Shown: positions 1 through 9,472 of the stretch, one piece after another
Numbering within the stretch: the stretch's first letter is position 1
Layout: each line of letters starts with the position of its first letter
From: an uncultured Actinomycetota bacterium
GTDB taxonomy: Bacteria; Actinomycetota; Actinomycetes; Actinomycetales; Microbacteriaceae
Length of the DNA: 64,000 bases
Direction: 5' to 3'
Assembly (NCBI GenBank): GCA_963756375.1
Contig: CAVWNJ010000005.1
Location: 1,640,440 to 1,704,439, forward strand
Program-made: the position numbers and the translations under genes
Notes under the pieces: model-generated
What the model was told of the DNA's origin: nothing
Databases searched by the model: none
The model's input: the letters and a program-made list of their open reading frames with translations, nothing else

Positions 1-674
1 CGCCTTCGGCGGCGGCGGCGAAGCCGACCAGAACGGCGCACTCTCCCAGGTTGCGCAGGCACCGGCTGGTCTCCTCGTGCTGTGGACGGTGGTGATCGGA
101 ATGCTCGCGCTCGGCCTGTTCCAGCTCCTCGAGGCCGCGCTCGTGCGGGGCACCGACAAGGACGCGTGGATCGACCGGGCGAAGGAGGGCGGCAAGGGAA
201 TCGCCTACCTCGCTGTGGGTGCCACCGCCCTGCAGTACGCCATGGGCGGTTCATCGAGCGGGTCAGAGAGTTCCAACACGGTCAGCGCGGCACTGTCTCG
301 GCAGCCCCGGGGGCGTTTTCATCCTCGGGCTCCTCGGCGCCGGCATCATCGCGATCGGCGTGTACTTCGTGGTGAAGGGCGTCAAGAAGAAGTTCATGAC
401 CGACATCCGCGACCCCTCGGGCACATTCGGTGACGCCACCGTGATCGTCGGGGTCGTGGGCTACGTGGCCAAGGGGATCGCCATCGCGGTGGTGGGCATC
501 CTCTTCGTGGTCGCTGCCTTCACCACCGACCCGGACGCAGCCGACGGGCTGGATGGTGCACTCAAGTCCCTCGTGCAGCTGCCGTTCGGTGTGGTCGTGC
601 TCTCGGTCGTCGCGCTCGGGCTCATCGCCTTCGGCATCTACAGCTTCGTGCGCGCCAAGTACGCCCGACTCTGA
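1..674 (+). CDS. DUF1206 family membrane protein, 5' partial; the reading frame changes inside a C/G homopolymer near 303-312 (frameshift or sequencing error)
   Basis: ORFs 77..433 and 219..674 (different frames) translate into contiguous halves of one protein with two hydrophobic repeat halves (GGVFILGLLGAGIIAIGVYFVV and AKGIAIAVVGILFVVAAF), typical of DUF1206. The join falls in gcagccccgggggcg. Confidence 0.5.
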
Positions 675-696
675 GCCAGCGCCCGCGCGTCGTGCC

Positions 697-1824
697 TCAG
701 AGCCAGCGGCGCCTGCGGAACACCGCGTAGAGCGTGCCGCTCACCGCCGCCATCAACGCGATCGCGACCGGGTAGCCGAACGCCCAGTCGAGCTCGGGCA
801 TCAGGCGGAAGTTCATGCCGTAGATCGACCCGACCAGGGACGGCGCGAACAGGATCGCCGCCCACGCCGAGATCTTGCGCGTCTCCTCGGCCTGCCGATT
901 GCTCGCCTCCCCCACCGACTGCATCTCGTTGTTCTGCCGCTCGGCCACGAGCGTGCCGTTGACCGTGAGGATGTCACGCAGCAACTGGCGGAACTCGTCG
1001 ATGCGCTCGTTGACCCGCACCACGTGGTCGGCGACATCGCGCAGATACTGCTGCATGCCCTCATCCACCCGGTATTTCTCGAAGCCGTGAGCGAGTTGCT
1101 CGAGCATGCCCACGAGCGGATGCGCCGCCCGCTGAAAATCGATCACCTCGCGGGACAGCTCGTAGATGCGCCTCGACACCGAGGGATCGCCGTCGAAGAC
1201 CTGGGTCTCGATCTCGTCGATGTCGTTCTCGAGGCCAGCCACGACGGGGGCGTAACCGTCGACGACCGCATCGAGGATGGCGTAGAGCACCGCCTCGCTG
1301 CCGAGCGCGAGCAGCTCGGGGGTCGACTCCAGCCGGGTGCGAACGAGGGAGAGATCCGGGGACTCCGCGTGCCTGAGGGTGATCACGAAGTCCGGCCCGA
1401 TGAACACGTGCAGCTCGCCGAACTCCACCTCCTCGCGGTCATCCAGATATCTGGCGGCCTTGAGCACGACGAACAGGGTGTCGCCGTAACGCTCGATCTT
1501 CGGCCGCTGGTGGGCGTTGATCGCGTCTTCGACCGCGAGCTCGTGGAGGTCGAACTGGGCGGTCAGCGAATCCAGTTCCGCCTCCCCCGGGCGATACAGT
1601 CCGATCCAGGCCATCGAGCGCGGGTGTCGCCCGATCTCCGCGTAGGTCGCGCCGAGGTCGTTCGGGGAGGCGACCCTGGCGCCATCCACGTAGATGGCGT
1701 TGTTGATCACGCTCGGGCGACGATCCTCGGACGGCTCCGCCGCCACCTCGACCGCAACCGGGGCCACGTCGAACACCTTGCGCCGGATCAGGTTGCTGAG
1801 CGGTCGGCGAAAATCGGGAGCCAT
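697..1824 (-). CDS. corA: magnesium/cobalt transporter CorA
   Basis: 375 aa with a C-terminal two-TM domain carrying the YGMNF (GMN) signature and an acidic N-terminal cytoplasmic domain. ATG at 1822-1824. Confidence 0.9.
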   Translation of the reverse strand: MAPDFRRPLSNLIRRKVFDVAPVAVEVAAEPSEDRRPSVINNAIYVDGARVASPNDLGATYAEIGRHPRSMAWIGLYRPGEAELDSLTAQFDLHELAVEDAINAHQRPKIERYGDTLFVVLKAARYLDDREEVEFGELHVFIGPDFVITLRHAESPDLSLVRTRLESTPELLALGSEAVLYAILDAVVDGYAPVVAGLENDIDEIETQVFDGDPSVSRRIYELSREVIDFQRAAHPLVGMLEQLAHGFEKYRVDEGMQQYLRDVADHVVRVNERIDEFRQLLRDILTVNGTLVAERQNNEMQSVGEASNRQAEETRKISAWAAILFAPSLVGSIYGMNFRLMPELDWAFGYPVAIALMAAVSGTLYAVFRRRRWL

Positions 1825-1860
1825 GGACTCACGCTAGACCCGCGCCGACCCGCTCCCCGC

Positions 1861-3630
1861 TCAGAAGCTGAAGTCGTACCCGCCCGCATCTCGCACCGAC
1901 GTGCCGATCGACTTCGTGTGACGGTCGTCGTTGATCTCGAGGGAGCGCATCTGGCGCGCCACCTCACGCTGGCTGCGCTTCAGGAAGTTGATGGCGAGCG
2001 CCTTCTCCGCACCGGAGACCTGCACCCCGTCCCGGGTGAAGGTGGCCGAAGCCCGCCCGATCACGGCCACCTGCTGATAGATGCCGGATGCCGCATCCGA
2101 CAGCCGTGCCTGCAGCAATTGCCGCTCCTGCACCTTCTTGCCGTGCTTGCGCAGTGCGCCCTCGGCGGCGTCCCGCAGCCGCACCGCCTGATCGCTGACC
2201 GCCGCGCTGTGCTTCGCGAGCGACGGATGCGCACCCGTGAGGCGATCCGGCCGGATGGCGCGGCCGAGCCTGCCCGACACGTACGGCGCGAGCACGCCGA
2301 TCGCCTTGGCCGGGTCGCTGATGCTCAGCGATCGCACATCCGGCAGTTCCTCGCTCAGGGCCTTGATGCCGCCAAGCGCAACAAACGCCCGCATCACGTC
2401 ATTCGCGCCCTCGAAGATCGGGAAGATGCGGAAGTCGCGCAGCGCCTTCGCGAGCGGGTGGTCGTCCATATAGGCGGTGCCGCCGTGAACCTGCACCGCC
2501 TTGTTCAGCGCCTTCCACCCCGTGTCGCTCGCCACCACCTTGGTCATCGCCGATTCGAGCGAGAAGTCGGCCTCCCCTCGGTCGACGAGACCGGTGGTGA
2601 GGTACGACATCGACTCCAGGGCGTAGATCTGGGTCGCCATCCAGGCGACCTTCTCCTCCACGAGCTCGAAGTCGATCAGCGCGCGACCGAACTGCTTGCG
2701 CTCCGACGCGTGCTCGAGCGTGAGGTCGAGGAACCGCTTCATGCCGCCGGCGATGGATGTGCCCATCGACATGCGCCCGTTGTTCAGGGTGTTCATGGCG
2801 ATGCGGAAACCATCGCCCGCCTCGCCGAGCAGGTTCTCTGCCGGCACCCGCACGTCGGTGAATCGCACTCGCTGCAGCCGGTTCGCCTTGAGCCCGAGCG
2901 TCTCGAACCGTGGGCCGGTTGCGAGGCCCTCCATGCCCTTCTCCACCACGAGCGCGACGTGACCGTGATCCGATCGCGCGAAGACCGTGAGCACGTCGCC
3001 GTCGCCGTTACCGATCCACCGCTTCTCGCCGTTGAGCACCCAGGAGCCGTCCGGCTGACGCTCTGCCCAGGTCTCGAGGTTGTAGGCGTCCGACCCCACG
3101 TTCGGCTCGGTGAGGGCGAACGCGGCGAGCTTCCGTCCGGATGCGAGGTCGGGCAACCAGCGCGCCTTCTGGTCGTCTGTGCCGTAGAGGTGAATCGGCT
3201 TGGTGCCGATCGACTGGTGCACACCCATCACCACCGCGAGCGCGCCATCCATCCGTCCGAACTCCTCCATCACCCGGCAGTAGCCGGACTGGCTGAGCCC
3301 CTGGCCGCCGTACTGCGGGTCGACGAACAACCCGAGGAGGCCCTGCTCGCCGAGGTCGCGGATGGTGTCATCGCCCACCCAGCCGTCACGCTCGGCGCGG
3401 GCCGGGCTGTACACCTCCTCGAGGTAGGTGCGGGCGGTTCCGGCGAGCTCGGTGACCCGCCGATGCTCGGTCGGCGCCATCGACGGGTAGGGCAGCACCA
3501 GTTCGGATGCCACCTGCCCGAGAAAGAGGGATTTGGTGAACGAGGGTTTGGTGGATCGGTCGACAGCAGCCATGCGGTCAGTGTTGAACACCTCCGGCAG
3601 CGGCCCGAACCGGTTGTACGACATCCACAA
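1861..3630 (-). CDS. acyl-CoA dehydrogenase family protein (long FadE-type, about 589 aa)
   Basis: Contains the ACAD N-terminal, middle and C-terminal motifs (GxxLTEPxxGSD..., RFxIxPIFEG...). Start could lie a few codons downstream of 3630. Confidence 0.85.
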   Translation of the reverse strand: MWMSYNRFGPLPEVFNTDRMAAVDRSTKPSFTKSLFLGQVASELVLPYPSMAPTEHRRVTELAGTARTYLEEVYSPARAERDGWVGDDTIRDLGEQGLLGLFVDPQYGGQGLSQSGYCRVMEEFGRMDGALAVVMGVHQSIGTKPIHLYGTDDQKARWLPDLASGRKLAAFALTEPNVGSDAYNLETWAERQPDGSWVLNGEKRWIGNGDGDVLTVFARSDHGHVALVVEKGMEGLATGPRFETLGLKANRLQRVRFTDVRVPAENLLGEAGDGFRIAMNTLNNGRMSMGTSIAGGMKRFLDLTLEHASERKQFGRALIDFELVEEKVAWMATQIYALESMSYLTTGLVDRGEADFSLESAMTKVVASDTGWKALNKAVQVHGGTAYMDDHPLAKALRDFRIFPIFEGANDVMRAFVALGGIKALSEELPDVRSLSISDPAKAIGVLAPYVSGRLGRAIRPDRLTGAHPSLAKHSAAVSDQAVRLRDAAEGALRKHGKKVQERQLLQARLSDAASGIYQQVAVIGRASATFTRDGVQVSGAEKALAINFLKRSQREVARQMRSLEINDDRHTKSIGTSVRDAGGYDFSF

Positions 3631-3731
3631 ATTCCGTGCCGTGCATACGGGCGTGGATTTCGCACTCCCGCCAAGGATGGTGCGGCGCGCGCCGCGAACG
3701 AGGGATCCGCCGAGGTCGCTACGGTTGACGA

Positions 3732-4298
3732 GTGACGCGCATCATCGCCGGGTTTGCCGGCTCCCTCACCCTCGCCGTGCCCGGCACGGGAACTCGCCCC
3801 ACCAGCGATCGGGTGCGCGAAGCCATCTTCTCGTCACTCGACGCCAGAGGGCTCCTTGCTGATGCTCGCGTGCTCGACCTCTACGCCGGCTCGGGCGCGC
3901 TGGGGCTCGAAGCGGCCAGCCGCGGCGCCGCATCCGTGACCCTCGTCGAGAAGGGCCAGCAGGCTGCGCGTGCGTGCTCGGCCAACGCCAAAAAGGTGCG
4001 AAGCAGCGCCCCCGAAGCCCGTGCGCCATCGGTGGATGTCGTCGCCCGCGCCGTGCGCTCCTACCTGGCCGGCGCATCCGGCACCTTCGACCTGGTGTTT
4101 CTCGACCCGCCATACGACCTCGGGGAGGGAGAGGTTGCGCTCGACCTGCTTCACCTGATGCCACTGCTCGCGCCGGACGCCACCGTGATGCTGGAGCGCA
4201 GCTCGCGGTCCCCGCGGCCAGAGCTGCCCGCTGGCCTGCGGCTCGACGGGCGGAAGGACTACGGCGACACGAGCCTGTGGTGGCTCGGAACCGACTAG
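3732..4298 (+). CDS. rsmD: 16S rRNA (guanine966-N2)-methyltransferase RsmD
   Basis: 188 aa with the N-terminal RIIAGxxxG..L..P..TRPT.DRVREAIF motif and the DPPY catalytic motif. GTG start. Confidence 0.85.
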   Translation: MTRIIAGFAGSLTLAVPGTGTRPTSDRVREAIFSSLDARGLLADARVLDLYAGSGALGLEAASRGAASVTLVEKGQQAARACSANAKKVRSSAPEARAPSVDVVARAVRSYLAGASGTFDLVFLDPPYDLGEGEVALDLLHLMPLLAPDATVMLERSSRSPRPELPAGLRLDGRKDYGDTSLWWLGTD

Positions 4299-4369
4299 GG
4301 CACTGCGGGGTGCGCGGGTAGGGCGCGGGGTGCGGCGCGGCTCGGGGTTCGCTGCGGGTGCGCCGCGGC

Positions 4370-5353
4370 TCAGCCGGCGGCGCCGTCCCAGCCCCGATAC
4401 GGGTCCCAGCCCTGACGGTGGTCCCATTCGGCGCCGTCGACCGTGATACCGGTGCCCTCGTGCACCAGACCGATCGCACGGAAGCCGCCCGGGAGCGCCG
4501 CCCCCGGCGGGAATGTGGCGAGCAGGGAGTGGTCCTCCCCTCCGCCGAGCGCGAGTGCGGCATCCGGCCCCAGCGCCTCCGCTGCGAAGTCGATCCGCAC
4601 CCCGCTCGCCCGCGCCACCCGGGCGGCGTCGATGGCGAGCCCGTCGCTGAGGTCGAGCATCGCGGTGGCTCCGCCGCGCGCCGCGAGCACGCCATCGGCG
4701 ATGGGAGGGGCAGGCGCGAGCTGCGCCCCGACCTGGTCGGGGAACTCGGACCGGCAGGCGGCGGCCGCCGCGACATCCGGCTTGCCCGCCGCATCCACCC
4801 CGCGCGCGAACAGCAGGGCGAGACCTGCGGCCGCCCTCCCCAGGTCGCCGGCGACGGCGACCACGTCACCGACGCGCGCGCCCGACCGCAGCACGGGGGC
4901 CCTGCCCTCGAGGTCGCCGAACGCGGTCACCGCGAAGGTGAGCACGCTCGACGCGGAGAGGTCGCCGCCCACGACGCCGCAGCCGGGCGCGAGCGCGTCG
5001 CACGCGTCCCGCAGGCCGTCGGCGATGCCCTCGAGCAGTGAGACCGGGGAGTCGGGGGGCGCAGCGATCGCGACGACCAGCGCGGTCGGCCGTGCGCCCA
5101 TCGCCGCGACATCCGACAGGTTCGTGGCGGCGGCCTTCCAGCCGAGGTCGTGCGGGCTCGACCAGGAGCGGCGGAAGTCGGGTCCGTGGATCATCATGTC
5201 GGTGGTGACCACGAAGCGGCCATCCGGCGCGGCCACGACGGCCGCATCATCGCCTGGACCGAGTAGTTCGGCGCCGGCCGCGGGCAGTCGGGGAAAGATC
5301 CGGGCCAGGGTCGCCGACTCCCCGATCCCGCCCAGCGTGTCAGGAAGCGTCAT
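4370..5353 (-). CDS. thiL: thiamine-monophosphate kinase ThiL
   Basis: AIR synthase-related fold. True start is MTLPDTLGGIGE (ATG 5351-5353) inside the longer ORF 4370..5893. Partner of the downstream DUF3515 gene, as in many actinobacteria. Confidence 0.85.
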   Translation of the reverse strand: MTLPDTLGGIGESATLARIFPRLPAAGAELLGPGDDAAVVAAPDGRFVVTTDMMIHGPDFRRSWSSPHDLGWKAAATNLSDVAAMGARPTALVVAIAAPPDSPVSLLEGIADGLRDACDALAPGCGVVGGDLSASSVLTFAVTAFGDLEGRAPVLRSGARVGDVVAVAGDLGRAAAGLALLFARGVDAAGKPDVAAAAACRSEFPDQVGAQLAPAPPIADGVLAARGGATAMLDLSDGLAIDAARVARASGVRIDFAAEALGPDAALALGGGEDHSLLATFPPGAALPGGFRAIGLVHEGTGITVDGAEWDHRQGWDPYRGWDGAAG

Positions 5354-5377
5354 GAGACTCACGGTAGCCTGAACGCG

Positions 5378-5854
5378 ATGTTGACGAAGCGCGCACGGTG
5401 GGCCACGGCGACCACGACCCTTCTTCTCGTCGGAGGTCTCGCCGGATGCTCGGCCACCGTGCCGATGGCCGCCGCCGAGGATGCCGCCAACCCCCGGTGC
5501 GCCGAGGTGAGCGTTCGGCTGCCCGGCGACATCGACGGCCACGCGAAGCGCACGACGGATGCCCAGGCCACCGGCGCGTGGGGCAGCCCTGCGATCATCC
5601 TGCTCACCTGCGGCGTCGCCGTGCCCGGCCCGTCGCCGCTCCGCTGCATCACCATCGCCGGCGTCGACTGGTTGGTGGACGACAGCGACCCGGATGTGGG
5701 CGTCTTCACCACCTACGGACGAGACCCCGCCATCCGCGTCGTGGTCGACCACGTGACATCCGACTCCAACGCGCTCAACGCTGTGTCCCCCGCCATCGCG
5801 GTGAACCCCGCCGACGGCGGCTGCACCAACCCCGAGGACGTGACGCAGCCGTAG
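5378..5854 (+). CDS. DUF3515 family lipoprotein
   Basis: 158 aa with a lipoprotein signal (LAGCSA). The conserved actinobacterial position next to thiL supports DUF3515. Confidence 0.65.
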   Translation: MLTKRARWATATTTLLLVGGLAGCSATVPMAAAEDAANPRCAEVSVRLPGDIDGHAKRTTDAQATGAWGSPAIILLTCGVAVPGPSPLRCITIAGVDWLVDDSDPDVGVFTTYGRDPAIRVVVDHVTSDSNALNAVSPAIAVNPADGGCTNPEDVTQP

Positions 5855-5969
5855 CGGCGTGCTGTGGCCTGGGGTGCTCCCGCCGTCGTGCACGTCGCGG
5901 GCGCCGGGTCACACCCGGCCGCTCACATCCGGCTGCCGTTCGGGCCCCTGCCGCTCAGATCCCGGCCGC

Positions 5970-6441
5970 CGTTCATAACTCAGGACGGAGTGGCTTCAGC
6001 GCCGCAAATCGGGCCCGTGCGGGGGGCTGACGCAATCCGTCCTGAGTTGTGAACACGAGCCGTGTGGGCTGGCGTCAGCGCGACGCCTGCCGCAGCCACT
6101 CCGCACCCGCCAGTCCCGCAGCCGGCCGTTCACAACTCAGGATGGAGCGGCTGAAGCACCGCAAAATCGGGCCCGAGCGGGGGTGCAGACGCAATCCGTC
6201 CTGAGTTGTGAACACGAGCCGCGCGGGCTGGCGGCAGCGCGACGCCTGCCCGCCGGTGATTCCGCCCCGGTCCGTGCCCGGCCGCGGCTGCGCACCCGCA
6301 CCCGCACCTGCCAGCCCGAACTCGGCCGCCCCGATGCACCCGACCCCACCCGGTCCGTTCACAACTCAGGATGGATTGGCTGAAGCACCGCAAAAACAGC
6401 GCCGTACGGGGGTGCTGACGCAATCCGTCCTGAGTTGTGAA
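5970..6441. repeat. Array A: three copies of a roughly 85-bp hairpin-forming element (19-bp terminal inverted repeats gttcacaactcaggatgga / tccgtcctgagttgtgaac) with GC-rich (cggcag)n-like linkers; cores at about 5970-6053, 6127-6213 and 6357-6441
   Basis: Direct reading of the sequence. Same family and same orientation as array B at 62941-63647. Confidence 0.9.
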
Positions 6442-6561
6442 CAGGAGCCGCGCGGCAGCGGCAGCGCGGCGGCAGCAGCAGCCGGCAGCCGGCAGCGGCA
6501 CCGCCCCACCACGCGAGCCGCACGCCGCACGAGCCGCAGCCACAGCGGCGCCGCACCGAAC

Positions 6562-7671
6562 TCAGCGCGCGGTGGTGAGTCCGAGCGTGATGAGCTCGTC
6601 GATGAGTTCCGGATAGGTCATGCCGCTCGCCATCCAGCACTTGGGGAACATGGAGATCGGCGTGAACCCGGGCATCGTGTTGAGCTCATTCACCACGAAA
6701 CCATCCGCGGTGAGGAAGAAGTCCACCCGCGCGAGCCCGGTGCCGTCGACGGCGAGGAAGGCCTGCGCGGCTATCCGCTGCATTTCCGCGAGCTGGTGGT
6801 CCGTGAGCTCTGCGGGGCAGACGAGCGCCGCAGCGTCGGGGTCGAGGTACTTGGACTCGAAGTCGTAGAACTCCCCTGCCCGCGTGATGATCTCACCGGC
6901 AACCGACACCCTGGGGGCCGAGCCGTCACGTCCGGCGAGCACGGCGCACTCCACTTCGCGGCCGACCAGCGCCGCCTCCACGAGCACCTTCGTGTCTTCG
7001 GCCAGCCCGAGGTCGATCGCCGCCGCGAGTTCCGCCTCGGATGCGGCCCGGGAGACCCCGACACTCGATCCGGCCCGCGCCGGCTTCACGAACACCGGCC
7101 ACTCGAATCGGGCGGTCACGGCCGTGGCGACGGCGGCACTGTCGGCGCGCCACTCATGCCCGGTCACGGTGAGCCACGGCGCTACGGCGATGCCGCGGTG
7201 CTGCAGTACGGACTTGGTGAAGTGTTTGTCCATGCCGACGGATGACGCCAGCACCCCGGCTCCCACGTAGGGCAGGCCGAGCAGCTCGAGCATGCCCTGC
7301 ACCGTGCCGTCCTCACCGAAGCGGCCGTGCAGGATCGGGAACACCACATCCACGTCGCCGAGCGAGCGGATGACGCCCGCGTCGTCGACACGCAGCTCCC
7401 GGGAGTCGGCGGAGTCGGGCCAGAGGATGCGCGTGCCGTTGTCGTTCACGGAGGGCAGCCCGTCGAGCATCCGGAACTTGGCCGGATCGTCGTCTTCGAG
7501 CACGAAGGCGCCGTTGCGGGTGATGCCGACCGGAATGACGTCGTAACGGTCGCGGTCGATCGCCGCGAGCACGCCACCCGCGGTCGCGCAACTGACGGAG
7601 TGCTCGCTGGACCGCCCGCCGAAGAGCACGACGACAACGAGGCGGCGGTCTGCCGCGGAGGAGGAAGACAT
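6562..7671 (-). CDS. ddl: D-alanine--D-alanine ligase
   Basis: ATP-grasp Ddl motifs (VLFGGRSSEHSVS, EVNTMPGFT). True start is MSSSSAADRR (ATG 7669-7671) inside the longer ORF 6562..8499. Confidence 0.9.
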   Translation of the reverse strand: MSSSSAADRRLVVVVLFGGRSSEHSVSCATAGGVLAAIDRDRYDVIPVGITRNGAFVLEDDDPAKFRMLDGLPSVNDNGTRILWPDSADSRELRVDDAGVIRSLGDVDVVFPILHGRFGEDGTVQGMLELLGLPYVGAGVLASSVGMDKHFTKSVLQHRGIAVAPWLTVTGHEWRADSAAVATAVTARFEWPVFVKPARAGSSVGVSRAASEAELAAAIDLGLAEDTKVLVEAALVGREVECAVLAGRDGSAPRVSVAGEIITRAGEFYDFESKYLDPDAAALVCPAELTDHQLAEMQRIAAQAFLAVDGTGLARVDFFLTADGFVVNELNTMPGFTPISMFPKCWMASGMTYPELIDELITLGLTTAR

Positions 7672-8703
7672 TACGACTCCGGCTGAGGTTCGGTGCTGTC
7701 GGTGGTGAGGTGCGGTGCAATGTCGCGGGGGTCCATGGTGCCGGCGAGCACCTGCGCCACCTGCGAGACGATCGGCATGACCACACCTTTGGCGCGGGCC
7801 AGCTCGATCACGGGCGCCACCGACGCGAGACCTTCGGCGGTCTGATTCATCTGCGCCACAACGTCGTTGAAGCTGTACCCCTGGCCGAGCAACCGTCCGG
7901 CGGTGTTGTTGCGCGAGAGCGGCGAGCCACAGGTGGCGATGAGGTCGCCGAGCCCGGCCAGCCCGGCGAGGGTCTCCGCACGCGCGCCGTAGGCCACGGC
8001 GAAGTCGGTCATCTCGGCGAGTCCGCGCGTGATGATCGACGCCTTGGTGTTCTCGCCGTATCCCACGCCATCGACGATGCCGATGGCCACGGCGATGAGG
8101 TTCTTGAGCACTCCGCCGAACTCGGTGCCGATCACGTCGGTGTTGACGAAGGAACGGAAGTAGCGGTTCGTGGCGGCGATGGCCACGGCGGATGCCGTCA
8201 CCATGCTCGCCGACGACACGACGGCGGCGGTCGGCTGCTCCTTGGCGATCTCGAGGGCGAGGTTCGGGCCGGATGCGACCGCGATGCGCTCGGCGTCGAT
8301 GTGCAGTTCCTGCATGATGACCTCGCTCATGCGGAGGCCGGTGCCCTTCTCGACGCCCTTCATGAGGCTCACGACGATGGCGTCCCGCGGGATGATGTCG
8401 CGCACGATGGCGAGGTTCTCCCGGAGCGACTGGCTCGGCACGGAGATGAACACCATCTCTGCGCCGTCGAGCACCTCGGGGATGCGCGGGCTCGCCCACA
8501 GGCCGCGGGGCAGGTTGATGCCGGGGAGATAGTCGCTGTTGCGTTTGCTCTGCGAGATTTCGCGAGCGAGTTCGGCACGTCGCGCCCAGATCGCGACATC
8601 CGATCCGCCATCGGCGAGCACCTTGCTGAAGGTGGTGCCCCAGCTGCCCGCCCCGAGCACGGCCACGCGCCTGACCCCCGGGCGCGTGATCCGGATGGGC
8701 ATC
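7671..8703 (-). CDS. gpsA: NAD(P)H-dependent glycerol-3-phosphate dehydrogenase
   Basis: N-terminal GAGSWGT Rossmann motif and the GpsA C-terminal domain. Start is MPIRITRPG at 8703. The stop overlaps the ddl start by one nucleotide (TAATG). Confidence 0.9.
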
Positions 8704-8710
8704 GTGAGAC

Positions 8711-9466
8711 TCAAAAGCGCCCCGTCTCGTTCTGGTTGTTCTTGGCCGGGTCCCAGCGCTCGGCGGGAGCCTTCTCCCCGCGGAGATCCTCGAGCAGGGC
8801 CGTCACGGCATCCATCACCTTCGCGGTGGCCGCAGTGGTGGTCTGCGAGTCGAGGGGCTTGCCGCGGAATTCGCTGAGGTCGACGGGGTCGCCGAACTTG
8901 ATGTCGATCACGCTTCGCGGGAACAGACGCAGGCGCTTGCCGTAGCGCGGCAGCAGCGTCTGGGTGCCCCAGTGCGCTGCGGGGATGAGCGGGATGTCGG
9001 CCTGCAGCGCCATCCGCACGGCCCCCGCCTTGCCGCGCATCGGCCAGAGCTCGGGGTCGCGGGTGAGCGAACCCTCGGGGTAGATGATCACGGCGAGGTC
9101 GTTCTCGACGATCTTGCGGGCCGCGACGAGCGGGTCGCTTCCGCGCGACGTTCCGGTCCGCTCGACGGGGATCTGCCCCGACGCCCGCAGGAGCCAGCCG
9201 ATCAGCGGCAGCTTGAACAGCGACCCCTTCGCCAGGAATCTGGGCATGCGGTTGAGCTTCCACATGACGACCCCGACCACGATCGGATCGATCTCGCTGT
9301 AGTGGTTGGGTGACAGCACGAATGCGCCGGTCGGCGGGAGCTTGTGCCCGTCATGGATGCGGTACTTCGCCACCGCGTTCATGAAGGGCAGTGCGAGCAC
9401 GGCAAGCAGCAGGAAGATCGGTTTTTTCTCCGACTTGGGCCGCTCGCTCGACGGGGAGCCGGTCAC
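8711..9466 (-). CDS. plsC: 1-acyl-sn-glycerol-3-phosphate acyltransferase
   Basis: PlsC acyltransferase motifs NHxSxxD and PEG. GTG start. Confidence 0.8.
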   Translation of the reverse strand: MTGSPSSERPKSEKKPIFLLLAVLALPFMNAVAKYRIHDGHKLPPTGAFVLSPNHYSEIDPIVVGVVMWKLNRMPRFLAKGSLFKLPLIGWLLRASGQIPVERTGTSRGSDPLVAARKIVENDLAVIIYPEGSLTRDPELWPMRGKAGAVRMALQADIPLIPAAHWGTQTLLPRYGKRLRLFPRSVIDIKFGDPVDLSEFRGKPLDSQTTTAATAKVMDAVTALLEDLRGEKAPAERWDPAKNNQNETGRF

Positions 9467-9472
9467 GCGCGA

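Noticed and set aside
553-3735. Very long ORFs on the opposite strand of real genes (e.g. 553..3735 + 1060 aa, 3766..4869 -, 13969..15585 +, 16378..18540 +, 18320..20359 +, 20727..22766 +, 23625..24872 -, 31263..32546 -, 49163..50758 +, 50032..51612 +, 55481..56974 +, 58446..59903 +, 61260..62633 -)
   Set aside because: Arg/Ala/Gly/Pro-rich low-complexity translations, typical of stop-codon-poor antisense frames in 70% GC DNA. Each overlaps a gene with clear homology on the other strand.
5970-6441. Possible CRISPR array (regularly spaced repeats with intervening spacers); the same applies to 62941-63647
   Set aside because: The repeat unit is about 85 bp with internal dyad symmetry, far longer than CRISPR repeats. 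The intervening segments are related to one another (cggcag-rich), unlike unique spacers. No cas genes are present in 64 kb.
6075-6640. Stack of 60-140-aa overlapping ORFs on both strands inside the repeat arrays (also 62818-63986), many ending in ...HPEL or starting MNGLAGCG
   Set aside because: They are generated by the palindromic repeat and the (GCN)n linkers, are mutually overlapping in all frames, and have no RBS or homology.
6562-8499. 645-aa ORF fusing an Arg/His-rich N-terminal extension to Ddl (similarly 7671..9263 for gpsA, 10896..12071 for leuD, 4370..5893 for thiL, 44683..45477, 44295..45002, 53387..54991)
   Set aside because: The conserved domain begins at an internal Met or Val with a proper RBS and spacing to the upstream gene. 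The extensions are low-complexity read-through of upstream stop-free sequence.
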